The notes: generated by a model from the sequence alone, not told the origin. A stretch of 38,130 nt of DNA from a virus (IMGVR_UViG_3300029309_000111:1-38130); one strand, 5' to 3'. Counted from the first letter of the stretch, positions 26,328 through 34,495 are shown. A program made the numbers and translations.

Positions 26328-26357
26328 TCTGACGCTGACTAAGGGAGATTTTTTGGT

Positions 26358-26933
26358 TTGAAAAACAGTAAACCCGTAGAAAACACTATAGGCAAAGCTG
26401 GTAGACCTGCTGGACTCACCAACAGACAACGGCAATTTGCCAAGTATTATGTCGAGGGCAAGCACTCGAACGCTGAGTGCGCGAGGCTGGCTGGATACGC
26501 TGATGCCAGTGCCAACAACCACGCCGCCAAGCTTCTCGATGGTAAGTCTTTCCCCGAAGTGCCAGAGCTTATCAAAGAACTTCGAGAGGCCAGAGAACGC
26601 AGGTTCGGAGTCACTGTGATAGGCCAGCTTAAACGCTTTGAGGAATTGTCCATGGCGGCTGAAGAAGCTGGGCAGTTCAGTGCCGCAATCAATGCTGAGA
26701 AAATTCGTTCGAGTCTGGGCGGTTTGACAATCGACAGGCGCGAGTCCACTCACGTCCATCAGCTTGATAATATGTCGCGTGAAGACATTGTTGCCAGACT
26801 GGCAAGCCTTCGCAAGAACTACCCCCATGCTTTTGCTGATATGAAAAGAGTTGAGGATGCCAGCGACAGAACAATCACTGTGGAAGCTATTGAAACAAAA
26901 CCTGCCAAGGAAGACGCATTGCGAGAGGATTGA
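26358..26933 (+). CDS. terS: terminase small subunit
   Basis: LTNRQRQFAKYY....NAECARLAGY...A...A.KLL N-terminal HTH typical of TerS; A.Q.SAAINAE helices. Confidence 0.82.
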   Translation: MKNSKPVENTIGKAGRPAGLTNRQRQFAKYYVEGKHSNAECARLAGYADASANNHAAKLLDGKSFPEVPELIKELREARERRFGVTVIGQLKRFEELSMAAEEAGQFSAAINAEKIRSSLGGLTIDRRESTHVHQLDNMSREDIVARLASLRKNYPHAFADMKRVEDASDRTITVEAIETKPAKEDALRED

Positions 26934-27294
26934 AAACCGCAGTGGTGAAGGGATGCCGGACGTATATCTATGCATAGACGGCGTTCCGATATGGCTTGAA
27001 TTAAAAATAATTAAAAATGGTACGGTCAAGGTGTCTAAGTCGCAGATTGCTTGGCATTCCTCGCATTCGCGTTGTGGCGGTGTTGGTTTTTTCTTGCTGA
27101 ACGACCCCTCTACCTCCGACCTATTTTTATTTGACGGCGCATCGGTGATCGAGATCCACGGTTCGCGGATCGATGACCTGCGGCCTGCGGCCTTGTATAT
27201 AGGTGATATGTCTGGGCTGATCGAGAGCCTGCGGCCTGCGGCCTGCGACCTCTGGTATAGATCGATGACCTGCGGCCTGCGGCCTGCGCCTTGA
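26857..27294 (+). CDS. PD-(D/E)XK nuclease (VRR-NUC / Holliday junction resolvase-like)
   Basis: E..LW...RIEN...GMPDV......WLELK......S.SQIAWH......G; probable ATG at 26857. Confidence 0.8.
   Translation: MPATEQSLWKLLKQNLPRKTHCERIENRSGEGMPDVYLCIDGVPIWLELKIIKNGTVKVSKSQIAWHSSHSRCGGVGFFLLNDPSTSDLFLFDGASVIEIHGSRIDDLRPAALYIGDMSGLIESLRPAACDLWYRSMTCGLRPAP
27168..27290 (+). repeat. three units of GATCGA-N3-(CCTGCGG)2-3
   Basis: Heptamer clusters at 27177-27192, 27228-27250 and 27269-27290. Confidence 0.9.
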
Positions 27295-27313
27295 TATGTC
27301 GGAGCACGATCCG

Positions 27314-27344
27314 AAAAAGAATACCCGGCGACATAGTCGCCGGG
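27314..27344 (-). terminator. intrinsic terminator
   Basis: Minus strand CCCGGCGAC-TAT-GTCGCCGGG-TATTCTTTTT, 20 nt after the gp88-like stop. Confidence 0.85.
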
Positions 27345-27363
27345 CATCTTCGGGGAAACTGTT

Positions 27364-28071
27364 TTAAGCATCAACGACAAACCCGCTTGTGTCCTGTTTT
27401 GCTTTACCCTTGGCATATAATCCAACAACAACGCCTTTCGGATCTAGGAAGCGTAGGTCGTCATTATCGCCGCTTATCACGTCAAAACCCTGCCATGTTT
27501 TCGGCAGCGTTTTATCACGAAAAACAACGGCCATATTGATGCCAGTATCACGCACCGCTTTTATAACGCTTGCCGCGTAGTCTGGATTAGCGCCGCTATA
27601 GGATAATGTTAGGTGATAGTTGGTGGGCAATTCTTCATATGCTCGCTTTACGACTTTGGTGTAGTCGTAAAACTGTATTTCTGGAAACAGAGACATAATA
27701 CCCGTTTTATGCCAAGGGTAATCGCTAGTACCATTCGGTCGATAGCATGGCGTAGCGCCTAGCTTGCGGGTGCGCCTAGAAAAGGTCGTTAGATCTTTGT
27801 TCAATAGATCCATATATAAAACGCGATCTTTGAAAAACAGAACTGTCTTATTATATCGCGCTTGCTGAACGCTATTCATTTGACCGCGACCCGCTGTAAA
27901 CAGACAAGGCGCGGCGCATTGTGCGACGCCAGCCATGGCGCATAAATTGCGTTCGATACCGTCAATGGCTGTTTTATATGGTTTATGATAGGTGATAGCG
28001 GTTACGAATTCTGAACCGTCACCCTTTACAGTTTTGGCATTAGTGCCAACGCCTATAATCTTATATGTCAT
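27364..28071 (-). CDS. Gp88-family phage protein (Cys cluster, possibly Fe-S / radical SAM-like)
   Basis: C-x7-C-x3-CL..AGRG, R.NGTSD..W, QFYDYTK, NYHLTLSYS, GD..DLRFLDP.G..VGL.AKG.A....SGFV. Confidence 0.8.
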   Translation of the reverse strand: MTYKIIGVGTNAKTVKGDGSEFVTAITYHKPYKTAIDGIERNLCAMAGVAQCAAPCLFTAGRGQMNSVQQARYNKTVLFFKDRVLYMDLLNKDLTTFSRRTRKLGATPCYRPNGTSDYPWHKTGIMSLFPEIQFYDYTKVVKRAYEELPTNYHLTLSYSGANPDYAASVIKAVRDTGINMAVVFRDKTLPKTWQGFDVISGDNDDLRFLDPKGVVVGLYAKGKAKQDTSGFVVDA

Positions 28072-28098
28072 TTTTTACCCCTTGTTAAGTTATCCTGA

Positions 28099-28127
28099 AT
28101 TCTACGATTTTTTCCCAACTATCACAA
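28099..28127 (-). promoter_or_regulatory. sigma70 promoter TTGTGA-N17-TAGAAT
   Basis: Near-consensus boxes with an exact 17-bp spacer containing AGTTGGGAAAA, 28 nt upstream of the gp88-like ATG. Confidence 0.75.
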
Positions 28128-28140
28128 GCCCTAATTTTAC

Positions 28141-28197
28141 CCTGCGACCTGCGGCCTTTTTCTGTTTATATATCTAGATGACCTGCGGCCCCGCGCC
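28141..28197 (+). repeat. second cluster of CCTGCGG/CCTGCGA repeats
   Basis: CCTGCGACCTGCGGCC (28141-28156) and GATGACCTGCGGCC (28177-28190), each followed by TATA-rich DNA. Confidence 0.85.
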
Positions 28198-28210
28198 TAT
28201 CTGTATATAT

Positions 28211-28244
28211 AAAAAGAAAAGAGAACCGAGCGCCGTGGCGCTCG
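28211..28244 (-). terminator. intrinsic terminator
   Basis: Inverted repeat CGAGCGCC/GGCGCTCG followed on the minus strand by GTTCTCTTTTCTTTTT. Confidence 0.75.
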
Positions 28245-28256
28245 ATCCGGTGTTGG

Positions 28257-28469
28257 TTAGCCATGTATCAACTCACGCAATTCATCGTCCGTTGAGTCCA
28301 TTATAGCGCAATCAACTGCATTTCTTGGCGGCAGTCCGTCGTTGTAATAGTCCCGCCATGTTGCGTCTGCTATGTCATGAATACCGAGTCCTGCCATATT
28401 GGTCAGGACTCTATTGCACTCACGTTCAAACTGCTCATAGTCGAGTCCGTCTTCACGTTCGATTGTCAT
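28257..28469 (-). CDS. hypothetical early protein
   Basis: GAGG RBS; ATGA coupling; G....D..D..W..YY.DG..P..A pattern; followed by a terminator. Confidence 0.65.
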   Translation of the reverse strand: MTIEREDGLDYEQFERECNRVLTNMAGLGIHDIADATWRDYYNDGLPPRNAVDCAIMDSTDDELRELIHG

Positions 28470-28633
28470 ACCTCGATCCTTTCATCTATTTGCTTTTTAA
28501 GTGCGTAATACACTTTGCGAGTGCTCGGATCGCATTCCAGTTCTTCGGTGTATGGACCGAATTCGGTCATTACTTGGTTTTCCAATAATGACAATTGTTT
28601 CTCGGTCAAAATGACAATGTATTTTTTCGCCAT
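28466..28633 (-). CDS. hypothetical 55-aa protein (not in ORF track)
   Basis: MAKKYIVILTEKQLSLLENQVMTEFGPYTEELECDPSTRKVYYALKKQIDERIEV*; GAGGGG RBS. Confidence 0.6.
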   Translation of the reverse strand: MAKKYIVILTEKQLSLLENQVMTEFGPYTEELECDPSTRKVYYALKKQIDERIEV

Positions 28634-28637
28634 GACT

Positions 28638-28829
28638 TTATCCCCTCATAACTTCGTTGAGCCATACCGTTGCCAGTACGATCACCGCACCCGCGCCTAT
28701 GAACGCCAGCACGCCATGATTGTCGAGCGACCAATAGCCGTTGATAAAGAACGCGGTCAGATAGATGAACGCGGCATAGAACGCGGTGATAGCACCGACA
28801 AACTTTAATGCTGTCCAAAAGCTTTTCAT
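28638..28829 (-). CDS. small membrane protein with two TM helices
   Basis: AAGGGA RBS; two hydrophobic stretches of about 20 aa. Confidence 0.7.
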   Translation of the reverse strand: MKSFWTALKFVGAITAFYAAFIYLTAFFINGYWSLDNHGVLAFIGAGAVIVLATVWLNEVMRG

Positions 28830-28876
28830 GATAGTCCCTTTCCGGCGGGGAATGATCCCCGCCTATTGGTTTGAAG

Positions 28877-29152
28877 TTAAGCAGTTTTCTTTTCGACACA
28901 CGCACCCTCGATAATCGTTACGGGTGCCTGATCGATCCAGACGTTTTCATACTTGCCGCGCATAAACGCCTTGACTGGTACTTCATCGACCTTGACGCGG
29001 TTGAGCAGGCCGTCCGCAATGCATTGCTTCTGGAAAGCGGCATGCTTTTTAGTCGCCGCTTTCATCGTGATATCAAGTTCGTGCAATCTAGCACGGGCTG
29101 AAGCCGGATCCGAGTAAGGCCGTCCAACATTTCTCTTATCATTCTTAGCCAT
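28877..29152 (-). CDS. hypothetical basic early protein
   Basis: AAGGGG RBS; first gene after the predicted promoter. Confidence 0.65.
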   Translation of the reverse strand: MAKNDKRNVGRPYSDPASARARLHELDITMKAATKKHAAFQKQCIADGLLNRVKVDEVPVKAFMRGKYENVWIDQAPVTIIEGACVEKKTA

Positions 29153-29204
29153 GATTTTTTCCCCTTGTCATGACATGGTGGCTTGATTGCCATCCAATAA
29201 AAAA

Positions 29205-29240
29205 AGAGTGCCTGATTTTTTCCCATAATGCAAACAATAA
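29205..29240 (-). promoter_or_regulatory. putative promoter TTGCAT-N17-CACTCT with TGGGAAAAAATC in the spacer
   Basis: Shares a 12-bp spacer motif with the 28099-28127 promoter and the upstream TTATTGTTTG with 19001-19010; the -10 is weak. Confidence 0.45.
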
Positions 29241-29455
29241 ATGCAATGTTATCCCAACAAAATGCATTTTATTTTAATTTATTTGTTCATGATTTGTTCC
29301 AGAGGCCGGGCTGGGCTGGGGTTACTGGCATCGATTGCCAATTGTCGATCGATCGAGCGCACCCCCCACCCCCATTATTTTGTGGACAGGTGTTGACAAT
29401 GTCGTGTCGTGTCGCTGGGTTGATAAATTCAATGGGATATAATATCGTTCGGAAC

Positions 29456-30943
29456 ATGGATGACATCGCAAGCCTAGACCTGCTGCCAGAGGAAGTTCTA
29501 AAAGAAATCCTGTTACTGGAGGAGCAGAAGCAGAAGCTAGAAACAAGAGACATCGCCAGAGATCAGTTCATGGCGTATGCAAAGCATGTGTATGACGGGT
29601 TCATAGAGGGGACCCATCATAGAATTATCGCGGAGAAGCTCGAGCGTATAGCAGCGGGTGACCTGAAAAGACTGATTGTCAACATGCCGCCTCGGCATTC
29701 CAAGTCTGAATTTGCATCTTATCTCATGCCTAGCTGGTTTTTGGGCCGCAATCCGAAACTCAAGATCATTCAGGCCACGATGAATACAGAACTTGCCGTA
29801 AGATTTGGCCGTAAGGTTAGAGATCTGATTGCCGATCCGATCTACAAAGAGATTTTTCCTGGCACTGACCTGAAACAGGACAGTCAAGCTGCTGGGCGGT
29901 GGGAGACAAGTGCTGGCGGAGAATACTTTGCTGCCGGAGTTGGCGCTGCAATGACGGGTCGCGGTGCGGATTTGCTGATTATTGATGATCCGCACTCGGA
30001 ACAAGATGCTTTATCCGCGTCTGCATACGATAATGCCTATGAATGGTACACATCTGGACCCCGGCAGCGTCTACAACCGGGCGGCTCGATCATCATTGTG
30101 CAGACCAGATGGTCAAAAAAGGACATAACGGGCAGGTTACTGAACGCACAGGCCAAGGATGTCATGGCTGACCAGTGGGAAGTGGTTGAATTTCCTGCAA
30201 TAATGCCGTCGGGGGAACCATTATGGCCTGAATTCTGGGAAAAAGACGAGCTTTTGAAGGTAAAAGCCTCCCTGTCGGTAGGAAAATGGAATGCACAGTG
30301 GCAACAAAACCCTACATCCGAGGAAACTGCGGTTGTAAAGCGCGAATGGTGGCGTGTTTGGGAAGAGGAGGACATACCTGACCTGGATTATGTGATTCAG
30401 TCCTACGATACGGCGTATAGCAAGCGTGAAACGGCTGACTATTCTGCCATTACAACGTGGGGCGTGTTTCAACCACATCGAAACGGGGACCAGCACCTGA
30501 TATTGATGGATGCAAAGAAGGGTCGGTGGAGTTTCCCTGAGTTAAAAGATGTTGCACAGGAGGAAAACGACTATTGGGAGCCAGAACTGATACTGATCGA
30601 GGCCAAAGCGTCGGGTCAGTCGCTGGCTGACGAGATGCGTATGTTGAATCTGCCAGTTAGTACGTTTTCCCCGGGCCGCAGGAAGGGTGGTGGCCTGGAT
30701 AAGATGACCCGCATGCACATTGTGTCTCCTATATTCGAGTCGGGAAAAGTGTGGTATCCTGAAGGCAGGAAATTTGCGGACGAAGTTATCGAAGAGGTTG
30801 CATCCTTTCCAAACGGCGACCATGATGACTTTTGTGATAGCATGACCATGGCCTTGATGCGCTTTCGTCAGGGTGGTTTTATCAGTTTGAACGGCGAAGA
30901 GTTCGAGGACGACCCGCCCCGTAAAGCAAGAGAGTATTACTGA
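29456..30943 (+). CDS. terL: terminase large subunit
   Basis: Walker A NMPPRHSKS, GRGADLLIIDDP, QTRW; RNase H-like nuclease SYDTA...DYSA, IEAKASG, FPNGDHDDFCDS; probable start ATG 29456. Confidence 0.95.
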   Translation: MDDIASLDLLPEEVLKEILLLEEQKQKLETRDIARDQFMAYAKHVYDGFIEGTHHRIIAEKLERIAAGDLKRLIVNMPPRHSKSEFASYLMPSWFLGRNPKLKIIQATMNTELAVRFGRKVRDLIADPIYKEIFPGTDLKQDSQAAGRWETSAGGEYFAAGVGAAMTGRGADLLIIDDPHSEQDALSASAYDNAYEWYTSGPRQRLQPGGSIIIVQTRWSKKDITGRLLNAQAKDVMADQWEVVEFPAIMPSGEPLWPEFWEKDELLKVKASLSVGKWNAQWQQNPTSEETAVVKREWWRVWEEEDIPDLDYVIQSYDTAYSKRETADYSAITTWGVFQPHRNGDQHLILMDAKKGRWSFPELKDVAQEENDYWEPELILIEAKASGQSLADEMRMLNLPVSTFSPGRRKGGGLDKMTRMHIVSPIFESGKVWYPEGRKFADEVIEEVASFPNGDHDDFCDSMTMALMRFRQGGFISLNGEEFEDDPPRKAREYY

Positions 30944-31671
30944 TGTCTGGTGGTATCACAAACTTGTTTGGAAAATTTATACGAAACAAGCTGGCTAATG
31001 TTTTGGGCAGTGATGCGCCTGATGAAGCTGCGCGACAAGCCAAAGAAGAATTCAAGAAAGAGTTTTCCAGAGATGTTTACCATGGTCAAGGAGACACGGC
31101 GACATCTATAGGTGTTATGGCAGGTCCTGAAGAGTTTTATGGTAAACAGGGTCGTCTTTTGCCGGGCGGTCAAAGAGAGATAATGGTCGAAGACCCCTTG
31201 GGTGAGTACGGCGGTATCACGGCTTTTCAAGGTTCAGAGGATAAGTTTTCAAGCACTTTCATGTCAGATTTAGGGACATGGGTTAGTGAGTCTCCAAGAG
31301 TTGCAGATGAGTTTGCTATGGCAGGCGAAGCCGGAGCAATCTACCCACTAAAGTTAAAAATGAAGAATCCCAAAGAGTATCAGACTTACGAAGACTTAGA
31401 GTTTGATGTTGCCAACTTCGATGGGGACAACACAGAATTTGTCGAGGCACTAAAGAAAGAGGGCCACGATGGAATCATGATTAACGAAAGTGATACAGAT
31501 ATTCCAGAAACCAGAGTAGACTATGTTGTCTTTGATGGGAGTCAGCTTCGTTCTAGGTTCGCGGAGTTTGATCCTGAAGCGGCAGAAGCAAGGGACATAC
31601 GCAAAGCTGACGGCGGTCCTATAGATCTTCGTAATGGGATAGGTAAATTGTTTACGATGTACGCAGGGTAA
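30943..31671 (+). CDS. ADP-ribosyltransferase-like protein (ART-PolyVal-like) with C-terminal GG tag
   Basis: VYHG, GTWVSESP.VA..FA, IYPLKLKMKNP, GHDGI, YVVFD.SQLRSRFA.FDP. Confidence 0.72.
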   Translation: MSGGITNLFGKFIRNKLANVLGSDAPDEAARQAKEEFKKEFSRDVYHGQGDTATSIGVMAGPEEFYGKQGRLLPGGQREIMVEDPLGEYGGITAFQGSEDKFSSTFMSDLGTWVSESPRVADEFAMAGEAGAIYPLKLKMKNPKEYQTYEDLEFDVANFDGDNTEFVEALKKEGHDGIMINESDTDIPETRVDYVVFDGSQLRSRFAEFDPEAAEARDIRKADGGPIDLRNGIGKLFTMYAG

Positions 31672-31672
31672 C

Positions 31673-34495
31673 ATGGCTGAAGACAACAATTCAAACTATG
31701 CGGGTAACTTAGCCAGAGCGGTTGGTCAGGGTATTACTTTTGGCTTTGGTGATGAGTTAGAGGCACGGTTTCGTGCGCTGACAGGCGACAGATCTTATGA
31801 TGAAGAAGTTGCTGATATCCGTGAGTCTATTGAACAGTTTCGTGAAACCAACCCTGTCGCTGCTTATGGATCAGAAATTGTAGGTTCGATACCCACGGGT
31901 CTAGGTCTGGCTGGCCTGGCTCTTCGTGGTGGTTTGAGGGGTGCGGCGAAGATTGGTGCTCTTGAGGGTGGCATCTATGGTGTAGGTGAGGGCGAAGGTG
32001 TAGAGGGAACTGCGACCAGTGCTGCGATTGGTGCGGGTCTTGGTGGTGCACTGGGCAAGGCTGGAGAGAAAGCCTTCGAGGGCATAGCTCCGTTAGTCGG
32101 CAAGTTTATGAAGAGGACTCGCGGTTCGGGGATCGAGGCCAAAGGATCTGGCAACATTGAGATGGATTCTTCGCCCTCGGACCTTGGACCTATGGTTAGG
32201 GATTTGGAGGCGGGTTCGGACGAGTTCGTGCCACTTGAGAAGAAGGTCGGCGAACCTGGGACCCCGGGTCCTGATCGCAGTATCAACAAGCCTTTGGAAG
32301 ATGCGATAACAGTTGCGGGGGCGAGCACTAGGTCCTCGTTGAGACGCTTTACTAATTCGGTGGGTGGTATTGACTACTTACCTATTGCCAATGCGTTGAC
32401 TAATAACACGGTTGGTGCTGGCAAGAAGGGTTTAACTGGTGCTCAGTATCTGGCGCGATTGAAGAATCAGCCTTCGGTTACTGATTTGGAGATGGAAGTA
32501 TCGGGTCTTGATAAGTTCTTAGCGGAGAATTCTACCCGCAAAATTTCAGTAGATGATGTTCTGGAATATCATTTGGAAAACAGCCCTCGCATTGAAATGG
32601 TTGACGGTGGTGCAAGACATGTCTCCGATCAACGTATGTTTGGCGATGAGTCTTATACGGCGCAGGGCAAGAATGTTGGGGGTGGGTATGAGGAGATTGT
32701 ATTCCGTGATGCGAGATTCGTTGGAAACAGAGACACGGCCCCCGGTGCTTTTCATAGTGCGACGCATCACACGAATGTAGAAGGGGGAATCGGACATGGT
32801 CGAATGACCTCGTTCGTTGATGAGGCTACTCGTGGAGAGAGGTCCACAATGCTTGAGGAGAATCAGGCGGATCTTTGGTCTATATACAAGGGTAAGAACA
32901 GACCGGATGAGGGTGCTCAAAAGTTTGTTCAGTTGACCCCTGACAAGGTCAAGTCGTTCAAAGCCATAGATGAAAAGATTGAAGATTCCTCAAAATACAG
33001 GACATTGAATGATGCGCTAAACGATGTTGATGCTCAAAACAAAATGCTCAAGGAGATCGAAAGCAACCAGAGAATCGCAACGGCTGATTTGAGTGGTCTT
33101 CGTAAAAGAAATTTCTTAGAAAAAGCACAAGATTATGACGTGGCTAGTCCAGAGCTTCAATTTGGGCGTAGATTAAATAACCTAATGATGAGATCAGGTG
33201 ACGACTCTTTAGCCAGCAGAATGGGCAGAGAGATGGAGATCGAGACGGATCTTGGCAACATAATCAAGCAATCTGTTATCGAAGACACGATTGCTTTGAA
33301 CAGACTTTCTGATGATCAGCTATCAAAAGTATTGAGGTTGGCTGCGGACAGATCTCTCAGACTGGACGAAGGGAGCAGGATTCAAATCAACCCAATAGTT
33401 AAAAACCCGTTGGATGATGCAGAGTTAAAAGAAGCTCTTAGTATTCCAGAGATGATACCGGGATTGGCAGAAGAAGACATGCTGATGGGTGCAGGTCGAT
33501 TGGTTGATAGTGTTCAGAACGAATTTAAAAATGTCTTTGAGAAAAGACCTGTTCTTCAAGAACTGAGTGGAAGCACAAGTATGGCTGTCATGCTAAGAGA
33601 ACCTGTTGAAAAAGCGGTAACAACGGCCAAGAATTTATTGCCAAAAGTGGCAGCCAATATAAATCCTAAGTTGCTCCGAAAAGACGCTGATTCTTTTAAG
33701 AAGATAAGTTCAGAAGGCGATTTGTTTAAACAGAGCATAGACGACCAAAAACTTGCAACAACAAAAGCTAAAGATCGCGTTATGAACATCTATGGTGATG
33801 CAATCGAGGATGCTGCTCCTGATAAAAAGACAGCCTTTGAGTATCTGCACTACAGACAGAATCAAGGAAATCTTGCTGTAAGTGAAGGTAGACTTAACAC
33901 TTTGGCAACTAGATTTTCAACGGACGATGTTCGCGCAGCAGAAAGAGGATTTGCTGACGCGGCTCCAAATTTCACTAATCCTTTGCCGTTTGAAACACAG
34001 GATCAAGTTGCAAGATACCAGCTTCATCAGATGATTAAGAAAGCTGCTGATGACGGATCGACTCGTTTTTATATTCCTGACTATCGTGACTTGGCGGCAA
34101 AGCGTGATCTTGATGTTACGGATGATGACAGTCTTGCAGCCTATGTATCGAGATACAAGACTCCACAAGAAAAGGTCATAAAGGAACTGAAGCAAAAGTA
34201 TCCGGGCATTGACATTGGAACTGTGGATGTAGTTGCTCCTGTAGCTAGAGATGACTTTGGAGAAGCAATACCTGTGCCTAATCGCAGTCAATTTGATAGT
34301 GAAGCAGAGTTCGAGTCAGCCATACAAAGGCATACCGGAGACGCGATGAGAGAGATACCAGAGCATGATTATCCAATGACATACATTGATTTAAAACCAT
34401 TACAGGCTAAACCATCACAAGTTCGCAGATACAAGCGCGGCGGTCCTGTGGACATGCGTTCTGGTATAGGTGATTTATTTAGGGTATATTCGTAA
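31673..34495 (+). CDS. large polyvalent-type / virion-injected protein, 940 aa
   Basis: N-terminal GQGITFGFGDEL and Gly-rich hydrophobic segments as in ejection proteins; GGGYEE...H.R...LEENQAD motif resembling hhEEhQSD of phage polyvalent proteins; C-terminal GG tag. Confidence 0.6.
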   Translation: MAEDNNSNYAGNLARAVGQGITFGFGDELEARFRALTGDRSYDEEVADIRESIEQFRETNPVAAYGSEIVGSIPTGLGLAGLALRGGLRGAAKIGALEGGIYGVGEGEGVEGTATSAAIGAGLGGALGKAGEKAFEGIAPLVGKFMKRTRGSGIEAKGSGNIEMDSSPSDLGPMVRDLEAGSDEFVPLEKKVGEPGTPGPDRSINKPLEDAITVAGASTRSSLRRFTNSVGGIDYLPIANALTNNTVGAGKKGLTGAQYLARLKNQPSVTDLEMEVSGLDKFLAENSTRKISVDDVLEYHLENSPRIEMVDGGARHVSDQRMFGDESYTAQGKNVGGGYEEIVFRDARFVGNRDTAPGAFHSATHHTNVEGGIGHGRMTSFVDEATRGERSTMLEENQADLWSIYKGKNRPDEGAQKFVQLTPDKVKSFKAIDEKIEDSSKYRTLNDALNDVDAQNKMLKEIESNQRIATADLSGLRKRNFLEKAQDYDVASPELQFGRRLNNLMMRSGDDSLASRMGREMEIETDLGNIIKQSVIEDTIALNRLSDDQLSKVLRLAADRSLRLDEGSRIQINPIVKNPLDDAELKEALSIPEMIPGLAEEDMLMGAGRLVDSVQNEFKNVFEKRPVLQELSGSTSMAVMLREPVEKAVTTAKNLLPKVAANINPKLLRKDADSFKKISSEGDLFKQSIDDQKLATTKAKDRVMNIYGDAIEDAAPDKKTAFEYLHYRQNQGNLAVSEGRLNTLATRFSTDDVRAAERGFADAAPNFTNPLPFETQDQVARYQLHQMIKKAADDGSTRFYIPDYRDLAAKRDLDVTDDDSLAAYVSRYKTPQEKVIKELKQKYPGIDIGTVDVVAPVARDDFGEAIPVPNRSQFDSEAEFESAIQRHTGDAMREIPEHDYPMTYIDLKPLQAKPSQVRRYKRGGPVDMRSGIGDLFRVYS

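Noticed and set aside
26058-27431. 457-aa minus-strand ORF
   Set aside because: It is antisense to terS and the nuclease, runs through a terminator, repeats, a promoter and the origin-like tract, and has no recognizable motifs. It is most likely a shadow ORF.
29228-29455. 76-aa N-terminal extension of TerL in the ORF track
   Set aside because: It crosses a divergent promoter and low-complexity G/C runs. ATG 29456, just after TATAAT, gives a typical TerL N-terminus.
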